In this document: piece by piece, positions 17,607-24,000 of the stretch
Layout of the letters: every line of letters starts with the position of its first letter
Position numbering within the stretch: position 1 is the first letter of the stretch
Source of the DNA: Erysipelotrichaceae bacterium
Lineage (GTDB): Bacteria > Bacillota_I > Bacilli_A > Erysipelotrichales > Erysipelotrichaceae
Direction of reading: 5' to 3'
Assembly: GCA_036677505.1 (NCBI GenBank)
Contig: JAVBWK010000021.1
Span: 18,993-42,992, forward strand
DNA: 24,000 nucleotides
Made by a program: the position numbers and the translations under genes
Notes under the pieces: model-generated
Databases searched by the model: none
Seen by the model: only the letters and a program-made list of their open reading frames with translations
Told to the model about the DNA's origin: nothing

Positions 17607-17715
17607 AATAGTAAACCCTCCTAATTTATATCATTATATAACAAAATCTTTCAAAATGCACAAACTTTCCGTTGTTTTTCCGCTATAATAAAAGTATCAG
17701 CCCAGGAGGTTTATC
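17607..17715. promoter_or_regulatory. 109-bp divergent control region between the GRE operon and the sulfatase gene
   Basis: Minus-strand candidate: TTGAAA (17654..17649), 18-nt spacer, TATAAA (17630..17625). Plus-strand candidate: TATAAT (17684..17689) with a poor -35. The RBSs are GGAGGG (17621..17616, minus) and AGGAGG (17704..17709, plus). Confidence 0.4.
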
Positions 17716-19329
17716 ATGGAACAAAAACCCAATATTTTAATCATAACGACCGATCAGCAGCGCTTTGATGCCATCGGTGCCGTCGATCCGTTGATATTTT
17801 CTCCGAATCTTGACCAACTGGCTAAAGAAGGTGCGCTTTACCGACATACGTACACCCCCAATCCGGTGTGTGTGCCGGCCAGGCAGAACATTCTGACCGG
17901 ACTGACCGCACGTCATCACGGATTTGATGACAACGACTTTGCCCGACACCGTTATTCCCCTTATTATTTACCGAAACTGCCTCAGATTCTTTCGGATGCC
18001 GGATATGATACAATTGCCATCGGAAAACTTCATTTTGAGCCAAATCGCAGACACGACGGATTCCATCGCTACTTTATGATCGATGAGGTTCCGCGTCACC
18101 GCGAAGAAGATGATTATGCCTTATATTTGAAAGACAACGGCTATGAGCACATTTCTGCGCTACACGGTGTCCGCGATCCGCTGTATATGATGCCTCAGCG
18201 ATCGGTGGTGGATAAGAAACATCACTGTTCGACCTGGGTGGCAGATCTGACGATCGAACAGCTGAAAATCAACCGCGGGAAACGACCGTTTTTCTTCTGG
18301 GCCGGATTTGTTCACCCGCATCCGCCGATGGATGTCAGTGAAGAGTTTGCGGATATATATAAGGATAAGCAGCTTCCCGAGCCGGTCAAATCAAAGACTT
18401 CGGTCAGTTGGCTTGCACAGGAAAACCGGAATATCGTCGATTATCCCAATGAGGATGTGTTCCGCAGGTTCAGGGAACTGTATTTTGCTTCGATCGCGCA
18501 GGTAGATGAGCAAATCGGACGGATCATCGGTACTCTGAAGGAATTGAATCTCTACGATCAGACCTGTATCATTTTCTGCTCGGATCACGGAGAAATGCTT
18601 GGTGATATGGATACATTCCAAAAATTCTTACCTTATGACGGTTCTTCCCGAGTGCCCTTTATCATCCGCTATCCCGAGAAAATCAAACCCGGCACGACGG
18701 TGGATGCATTGATTAATCTCAATGACATCATGCCGACTTTACTTGATCTTGCAAGTGTTGAGTACCCGGCACCTTTTGAGTTGGCCGGTAAATCCGTTTT
18801 TGATTTGAATGAGCGAGAAGAAACCTTTATTGAACACGGCCGTTATGCACGGCGCTGGATAAGCATAGTCACTCAGACACATAAATATGCTTATTACTAT
18901 GGCGGCGGTCGCGAAGAACTGTTTGATTTGATCCGTGATCCCAAAGAACAGGTCAATCTGATTGAAGCGAATGCTTCCCGTGTTGAACATATTAGGACGT
19001 TATTACGTATAAAGTGCATCGATTGGGAATGCCGCTTCGGATTGGAAGATCATATTGAAAATCATGAGTTCAAACGGTTTGAGATTCCTGAGCTTCGTCC
19101 CTTTGGCGGTACCGGTGAACTGATATTCCCAAAACGGATCATGGACCCCATCGAGAAAAGCAAGATTCAGCCTCTAAGAGAGCAAATCGTCAATGTCGTA
19201 AAGGATGAGCCGGTAATACGTTTGAAAGATATCGATTTCTCCTACATGCTAAAGACACATCAGCTTACCGAAGAAGATGTCGCATGGATCATAGAACAAG
19301 ATAATCTGAACAAAGAAAGGATCGGATAA
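17716..19329 (+). CDS. Cys-type sulfatase (formylglycine-dependent), no signal peptide
   Basis: N-terminal NILIITTDQQRFD, and the formylglycine (FGly) motif C-V-P-A-R followed by QNILTG (17869..17883). GKLHF and CSDHGEMLGD are sulfatase metal and active-site motifs. The N-terminus MEQKPNILII is not a signal sequence. Confidence 0.88.
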   Translation: MEQKPNILIITTDQQRFDAIGAVDPLIFSPNLDQLAKEGALYRHTYTPNPVCVPARQNILTGLTARHHGFDDNDFARHRYSPYYLPKLPQILSDAGYDTIAIGKLHFEPNRRHDGFHRYFMIDEVPRHREEDDYALYLKDNGYEHISALHGVRDPLYMMPQRSVVDKKHHCSTWVADLTIEQLKINRGKRPFFFWAGFVHPHPPMDVSEEFADIYKDKQLPEPVKSKTSVSWLAQENRNIVDYPNEDVFRRFRELYFASIAQVDEQIGRIIGTLKELNLYDQTCIIFCSDHGEMLGDMDTFQKFLPYDGSSRVPFIIRYPEKIKPGTTVDALINLNDIMPTLLDLASVEYPAPFELAGKSVFDLNEREETFIEHGRYARRWISIVTQTHKYAYYYGGGREELFDLIRDPKEQVNLIEANASRVEHIRTLLRIKCIDWECRFGLEDHIENHEFKRFEIPELRPFGGTGELIFPKRIMDPIEKSKIQPLREQIVNVVKDEPVIRLKDIDFSYMLKTHQLTEEDVAWIIEQDNLNKERIG

Positions 19330-19330
19330 T

Positions 19331-19780
19331 ATGCTAGAACAAATCGAACGCTTGGAAAGCCAATATGTATTTGACAAGTTTGACCGGGTGACCGCCTATG
19401 ACATCGGCACACGAATCGCAAACAAAGCGATTGCACAACAGCTGCCCATCACCATTGAAATTTATCTCAATGATATGACCGTCTATCGGTACAGCCATAC
19501 CGGCTCCAACCCCATCAATATGAATTGGTCCATACGCAAGCGCAATTCTGTTTTGATGTTTGGTCACAGTACGATGTGGCTCAATGAGAAGCTCAAAGGT
19601 GAATATCCATTGCTTGAAGCGCGCTACGGGCTTAGCAGTGAAGACTATACCCTGTTGGAAGGTTCATTTCCGATTCTGACGCACAGCGGCGTGATCGGTG
19701 CCATCAGTGTCAGCGGCTTGAAGCCTCAGGAAGACCATCAGATCATCATCGATACATTAACTGAATATCTGGCAAAGTAA
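19331..19780 (+). CDS. UPF0303 / DUF336 (GlcG/HbpS-like, 'heme-degrading domain') protein
   Basis: A 149-aa protein starting 1 nt after the sulfatase stop. ...ITIEIYLNDMTVYRYSHTGSNPINMNWSIRKRNSV..GAISVSGLKPQEDHQ matches my memory of the UPF0303 family. Confidence 0.65.
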   Translation: MLEQIERLESQYVFDKFDRVTAYDIGTRIANKAIAQQLPITIEIYLNDMTVYRYSHTGSNPINMNWSIRKRNSVLMFGHSTMWLNEKLKGEYPLLEARYGLSSEDYTLLEGSFPILTHSGVIGAISVSGLKPQEDHQIIIDTLTEYLAK

Positions 19781-19802
19781 AGGCATCTCGCGATGCCTTT
19801 TT
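19780..19802. terminator. Bidirectional Rho-independent terminator between convergent genes
   Basis: AAGGCATC (19780..19787) pairs with GATGCCTT (19792..19799) across a TCGC loop. It is followed by T-rich sequence on the plus strand and TTTACTTT on the minus strand. Confidence 0.8.
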
Positions 19803-19810
19803 GAATGCTT

Positions 19811-20740
19811 TTACTTCTTTTTGATCGGTGTCAGTAAGTCGAGCTGTTTTGTCTCAAAGGGGATCGAAGGATCATTGAAACTGATGATATCGATACACTC
19901 CTCAAGGCAGATGCGATGTTTTGATGGAGTCCAATCCACCTCATAGGATTCACTGTTTAATGTCCACTGCCATAATTTCTGCCAGCGCTCGCCGATCACA
20001 TCCATGGTCGTAACCAGACCCGCATACAGTCCGCCTTCAAAATCAATTTTCCACAGCGGGGCTTCGACCTCAAGATTCTTATCGATGGCTACCCACATCT
20101 GATATCCGTACACTTCTTTGCCCGGTTGAGGATCGGGATCATTGAATCCGAAATGACGGAATCCCGGCTGATGGATCAAATCGTGTTTACTTATAAATTT
20201 ATTCATGATTTCCCAACAATCATCTTCCGGCGTTTTGCTTTCAGCCCTGGCACACGCAAACGTCATCTTGGGCAGGCGGATCAACCGCACTTCACTAAAA
20301 TCCTGATTTTCTTTCATCGTTATTTTCTCCTTTTCCGATAAGGAAACTGACAGAGACTGATCATCGGATATCGACTCAAAATCAATGAGAAACTGATCCA
20401 CGGATATCGCCTGATCTCCCTGATCGATCAGCTGACTGATGATGGTTTTAAGTTTTGACAATTGCTCCATTTGATCATCGATCTTATCCAGCTGAGCCGA
20501 TAAAACCTCGATCAGAACGGCCAGACGCTGACTTTTGATAACTCGTTTGATATCTGCGATCGGCAAGTCCAGCTTTCTTAAAAAACTGATCTGTGCGATC
20601 CGCATTCTATTTCCCGGGTCATAATAGCGATAGCCATTGTCCATCCGAACGCTCTTGAGAATTCCGGATTCTTCCCAGAAGCGTAAGGTACGATGGGACA
20701 ATCCGGTCTGATGCGCGACATCTCCGATTTTTACTAACAT
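19811..20740 (-). CDS. MerR-family transcriptional regulator with a C-terminal GyrI-like/effector-binding domain
   Basis: The N-terminal HTH is MLVKIGDVAHQTGLSHRTLRFWEESGIL...NGYRYY. A coiled-coil linker follows. The C-terminal ~160 aa (VRLIRLPKMTFACARA...YGYQMWVAI...GGLYAGLVT) fits the GyrI-like ligand-binding fold. Confidence 0.88.
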   Translation of the reverse strand: MLVKIGDVAHQTGLSHRTLRFWEESGILKSVRMDNGYRYYDPGNRMRIAQISFLRKLDLPIADIKRVIKSQRLAVLIEVLSAQLDKIDDQMEQLSKLKTIISQLIDQGDQAISVDQFLIDFESISDDQSLSVSLSEKEKITMKENQDFSEVRLIRLPKMTFACARAESKTPEDDCWEIMNKFISKHDLIHQPGFRHFGFNDPDPQPGKEVYGYQMWVAIDKNLEVEAPLWKIDFEGGLYAGLVTTMDVIGERWQKLWQWTLNSESYEVDWTPSKHRICLEECIDIISFNDPSIPFETKQLDLLTPIKKK

Positions 20741-20761
20741 ACTCCTGTCCTCCTTGATATG

Positions 20762-20792
20762 ATCATAAATGCTTACGTAACGGAAGAGTCAA
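20762..20792 (-). promoter_or_regulatory. Candidate MerR-type promoter/operator with a 19-bp spacer and central palindrome
   Basis: On the minus strand: TTGACT (20792..20787), a 19-nt spacer, then TATGAT (20767..20762). The spacer contains the perfect palindrome TTACGTAA (20773..20780). A-tracts lie upstream (GCAAAAAAGCAAAAAAG). Confidence 0.45.
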
Positions 20793-20835
20793 ATACTTTT
20801 TTGCTTTTTTGCATTTATATTATATCGCAAACAAA

Positions 20836-20863
20836 AAGGAAATCTGATACAATCAGATTCCTT
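20836..20863 (-). terminator. Rho-independent terminator downstream of the GH5 gene
   Basis: The minus-strand RNA AAGGAATCTGA-TTGTA-TCAGATTTCCTT (one bulged base) is followed by TTTTGTTTG. Confidence 0.75.
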
Positions 20864-20882
20864 TGATACAACATGATTTTAA

Positions 20883-22508
20883 TCAGAGCGTATTTCTTCG
20901 AGAATGATGCTGATGATTGAAATCATCGGACACCTTTTTGATCTTGATCGAAATCCATTGAACGTCACCTTCAAGTACATGGATTAAAATCGATGATTTC
21001 CCATCAGGAACTTCGATCACCGCACCATCGGCACACTGCCGTCCTAACTGATTCAACTTCATTTCTGAGGTCTTATCATTGACTGTTAAGTTCACTTTCG
21101 ATACCGTGTTGACGATCACATCGACACAAAGAGCGACACGCATCGCTTTGCGGCAAGTAAACCAATAGTTCAATGACTCATTGCTTTGCAATCTGACACA
21201 CAGCCACTCATCCTCATTCCAAGATGCCCCACCGCCATGCGCAAAATTCGGTTTGTCCCGATCTCCTTGCACAAAGATAATATCTCTGCCATCATCAACT
21301 CTGAAACCGACATTGAGATTCCTTGAATTTTGTATTCTGGCCTCTTGATCCCAAGAGTAGAAAATGGCCGGAATTTTAATGTCCGGACGACGAAACAGAG
21401 AATTCACGACTTCATCAACCAGCACACAGTTTTCCAGTTTCAGATTTTCCAGATATTCACCAAGAATGCCCTGAGCATCCTTTTTACTTAGTTCTGTACC
21501 TTTTTCCATATATTCGGTCAAACGGTGCCATTCTTTGGGACGTCTTACCGAAACCATCGAGTTGGTCGTATCCATTTTCTTGTATGTCCAGAAATTCCAC
21601 GAAATATCCAAATCCTCATACATCGCAAAGGCACCGCAGTACCACTCTTTATTGTTCTCCCCGCCCTCACCCATAAAAATCGGCACATCCCACTTTTCAC
21701 GAAGATCAAGATACTTCTTTAAGCTCTCTGCATCCGGACGATTCCAATACTTATGAAACTGATACAACACATTATCATCGAGCTTATGCGTAAATATCGA
21801 CCAGTCCGTTGACCAATGAATCCCTTCCAAAGAAATCATGTGATACGGATCGACCGCTCGGATCTCCTTTATCAGCCGGTCGTAAAACGGATACACCTGA
21901 TCATTGACTTGCCCATGAAACTCCGGGACAGGTTCGTTCAATAAGTCATAACAGGCGATGATCTGAGAGTTTCTGTATCTTGTGGCAATCTCTTTCCAAA
22001 GAAAAACGGTCAAATCCTGATAGGCTCTACTCGTAAACAGTTCAGGGAAATCATTCTCACAATCATCGATATTGGCCCCCGTCTGTCCGCCCGGAGCCCC
22101 ATGCAAATCAAGGATCACATAGACATCCCTTCGATCGCAATGATTTATGATGTCATCCAGGATTTTCCAGTGATCCTCATTGATGTTCTGGTTTTCATCC
22201 ATCAGAAACCGCCATAGCAACGGAATCCGCACGGAGTTAAATCCGTCATTCGCAATTTTATCTATGTCCGACTTTGCGATGTAGTTGCGATAGTACTTCT
22301 GCCAGAAGATATGGGCATCTTCATCACCAATCAGTGAGGTGATGACTTTCTCAATCTTTCTTGGGCGATCCCCCTGATTGGGAAAACGCCACATATACCC
22401 TTCCGGAAGCATCCAGCTTCCCAGTCCGACACCGCGTAGCATCAGTTTCTTCCCTTGGGGATCAATAATGTCCTTCCCCTGGGTATGTACAAAATCTTTT
22501 TGAATCAT
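20883..22508 (-). CDS. Glycoside hydrolase family 5 protein (exo-beta-glucanase/beta-glucosidase-like) with a C-terminal beta-rich domain, no signal peptide
   Basis: GH5 landmarks are VRIPL, VILDLHGAPGGQTG, the acid/base LLNEP (E192), HKYW, and the nucleophile FMGEGGE (E281). About 170 extra C-terminal residues follow. The N-terminus MIQKDFVHTQGKD is not a signal peptide. Confidence 0.82.
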   Translation of the reverse strand: MIQKDFVHTQGKDIIDPQGKKLMLRGVGLGSWMLPEGYMWRFPNQGDRPRKIEKVITSLIGDEDAHIFWQKYYRNYIAKSDIDKIANDGFNSVRIPLLWRFLMDENQNINEDHWKILDDIINHCDRRDVYVILDLHGAPGGQTGANIDDCENDFPELFTSRAYQDLTVFLWKEIATRYRNSQIIACYDLLNEPVPEFHGQVNDQVYPFYDRLIKEIRAVDPYHMISLEGIHWSTDWSIFTHKLDDNVLYQFHKYWNRPDAESLKKYLDLREKWDVPIFMGEGGENNKEWYCGAFAMYEDLDISWNFWTYKKMDTTNSMVSVRRPKEWHRLTEYMEKGTELSKKDAQGILGEYLENLKLENCVLVDEVVNSLFRRPDIKIPAIFYSWDQEARIQNSRNLNVGFRVDDGRDIIFVQGDRDKPNFAHGGGASWNEDEWLCVRLQSNESLNYWFTCRKAMRVALCVDVIVNTVSKVNLTVNDKTSEMKLNQLGRQCADGAVIEVPDGKSSILIHVLEGDVQWISIKIKKVSDDFNHQHHSRRNTL

Positions 22509-22583
22509 TGTTTTAACGCTCCTTCTGAAATACTTTTAAGAGTTGAGTTTTATAAAATCACTTAATATACATTCATTAACGTG

Positions 22584-22611
22584 ATTATATCATGTATGCT
22601 TTTCATATCAA
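22584..22611 (-). promoter_or_regulatory. Candidate sigma-A promoter for the GH5 gene (extended -10)
   Basis: On the minus strand: TTGATA (22611..22606), a 16-nt spacer, then TGaTATAAT (-10 at 22589..22584). It sits about 75 nt upstream of the ATG. Confidence 0.5.
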
Positions 22612-22668
22612 CCCGTTGCTTTGAATCCCAATATAAAAACGATTATCCCTTGAAAGATCTTGACCTTA

Positions 22669-22697
22669 TTGACATCCCCCACCCAATGGAATACGAT
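22669..22697 (+). promoter_or_regulatory. Candidate sigma-A promoter for the ABC exporter gene
   Basis: TTGACA (22669..22674), a 17-nt spacer, then TACGAT (22692..22697), about 30 nt upstream of the start codon. Confidence 0.55.
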
Positions 22698-22730
22698 AAA
22701 TGTGCTTAAAATGTAGAAAGGAACATGATC

Positions 22731-24000
22731 ATGACCTTAACTCAGCTGTTACAGAAGAATAAGAAGCAGCTTACCTTTTATCTGATCGGTGCATTTATGA
22801 CCACGATCAACGGTCTGTTTTTTACCTTTGCGCTTTCCAACGCCTTTGGAATCATCGAAGAACCGGATGCAAACGGGATTATCCGACGGATCATATTTGT
22901 CCTGCTTTTTGCTTTTACACCGATATTCAGTCAGATGCTCTCACGTTTTTTACGCATCGGCTTTATGCGCGACATCCTCATTCAGGTACGTACACTGGCA
23001 TACGAGAAAATCATGAGCCACACCTATGAAAGCTATAAGAAAAACCCCAAAGAACATTACATGTCCATGTTGGTTTCGGATATCAATTTGTTTGAGAAAG
23101 ATTTCTTCCTCTCACTGCTCAACATCATCTACAGCTTCGGCAGTTTTACGTTAGGTGTCATTATCCTGACATTTATCTCCCCGATCATCGCCATAGCGAC
23201 ACTGATCGTATCCGCCCTGCTTTTTACCGTAACCAAACTGTTTGAACCCATTGCCCGAAAAACCAAAAAGCTGACCCAAGAGGCCAATGCGGATTACAAC
23301 ATCCAACTGACCAACATCCTCAACGGAATGGAAGTCATCAAGCTGTATCACGTCGAAGAAAATTTCAAGCGGCCGTTTGAAAGCATCGTCGTTGTTCTGG
23401 AAAACATTAAGAAGCGGGCTTTTCGGATCGATGAAATCCAATCCAATCTCAACCATTGGATTGCCGGAACTTTTCAGATGATCGTTTATATTTATGCGAC
23501 TTACTTATACATTCAGGATTCGGTTACCTTGACCTCTTTGATCTTGGTATTCAATCTGATCGGACAGCTGGTGTGGAGTATGATCAGCGGATTCAATTTC
23601 ATCAACCGATTCAAGACGTCCATTGATATTTTCAACCGCATCACACAGCAGCAGGTAAATCCGCAAGCCGTGCACCGGATGACGTTTAAAGAAGCACTTC
23701 GGGTATGCAATCTGTCATTTGCTTATGATACACATAAAATCATTGACAATCTTAGCTTTAATATCAAGCCAAAGGACAAAGTTCTGATCACAGGACCTTC
23801 CGGAGCCGGAAAGACGACATTGCTCAACTGTCTGGCACAAAACCTCTCATCCTATCAGGGAGAAATCGTCGTCGATGAGCACGAACTGCGCACGATCCAG
23901 CCGGACAGTTTTTTGAAATCTTGCGGGTACGTACGTCAGAATCACTTTTTATTTAATGATTCTATCGTGAACAATGTCATCCTGAACTCACCTTTAGACA
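22731..24000 (+). CDS. ABC exporter, fused transmembrane and ATPase domains (type I exporter, MsbA/LmrA-like); 3' end lies beyond the window
   Basis: This is my own translation; the ORF is missing from the track because it has no stop in the window. (MI)MTLTQLLQKNKKQLTFYLIGAF... shows a six-TM-type region, then LSFAYDTHKIIDNLSFNIKPKDKVLITGPSGAGKTTLLN (Walker A). GAAAGGA lies upstream; ATG 22731 has better spacing than ATG 22725. Confidence 0.85.
   Translation, partial: MTLTQLLQKNKKQLTFYLIGAFMTTINGLFFTFALSNAFGIIEEPDANGIIRRIIFVLLFAFTPIFSQMLSRFLRIGFMRDILIQVRTLAYEKIMSHTYESYKKNPKEHYMSMLVSDINLFEKDFFLSLLNIIYSFGSFTLGVIILTFISPIIAIATLIVSALLFTVTKLFEPIARKTKKLTQEANADYNIQLTNILNGMEVIKLYHVEENFKRPFESIVVVLENIKKRAFRIDEIQSNLNHWIAGTFQMIVYIYATYLYIQDSVTLTSLILVFNLIGQLVWSMISGFNFINRFKTSIDIFNRITQQQVNPQAVHRMTFKEALRVCNLSFAYDTHKIIDNLSFNIKPKDKVLITGPSGAGKTTLLNCLAQNLSSYQGEIVVDEHELRTIQPDSFLKSCGYVRQNHFLFNDSIVNNVILNSPLD

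Noticed and set aside
1-24000. A scan for CRISPR arrays, tandem repeats, tRNA or rRNA genes and riboswitch-length leaders.
   Set aside because: No regularly spaced repeats or cloverleaf or rRNA-like segments were noticed. All intergenic regions are 260 bp or shorter and are accounted for by promoters and terminators. The scan was visual only, so short or degenerate repeats could have been missed.

Overview
The window looks like chromosomal DNA from a Gram-positive, probably anaerobic bacterium: strong AGGAGG-type ribosome-binding sites (RBS), a lipoprotein lipobox, and glycyl-radical chemistry. All calls come from reading translated ORFs, motifs and gene junctions; no database search was possible. 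Layout, left to right: (1) the first 58 codons of a minus-strand hypothetical gene and an AT-rich spacer. (2) A roughly 527-aa polytopic membrane protein with a soluble C-terminal domain. (3) A five-gene plus-strand operon: two small SHOCT-domain membrane proteins, a PepSY-like anchored protein, an OmpR-type response regulator and a histidine kinase. (4) A 12.2-kb, ten-gene minus-strand operon (17606 down to 5399) with overlapping or nearly abutting junctions. It encodes a YjjI-type glycyl-radical enzyme (GRE), a YjjW-type activase, an alpha/beta esterase, an ADP-ribosylglycohydrolase (ARH) fused to beta-sandwich modules, a BMP/CUT2-type nucleoside-like ABC importer (binding protein, ATPase, two permeases), an IUNH nucleoside hydrolase and an M20 amidohydrolase. 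(5) A divergent pair: a signal-peptide-less Cys-type sulfatase and a UPF0303/DUF336 protein. (6) A MerR/GyrI-like regulator, a signal-peptide-less GH5 glycosidase, and the start of an ABC exporter. The best candidate for an undescribed system is the GRE operon. It places an orphan glycyl-radical enzyme pair inside what reads as an uptake and deribosylation/deacylation pathway for an unknown ribosylated compound. No tRNA, rRNA, CRISPR array, transposase or integrase was seen.
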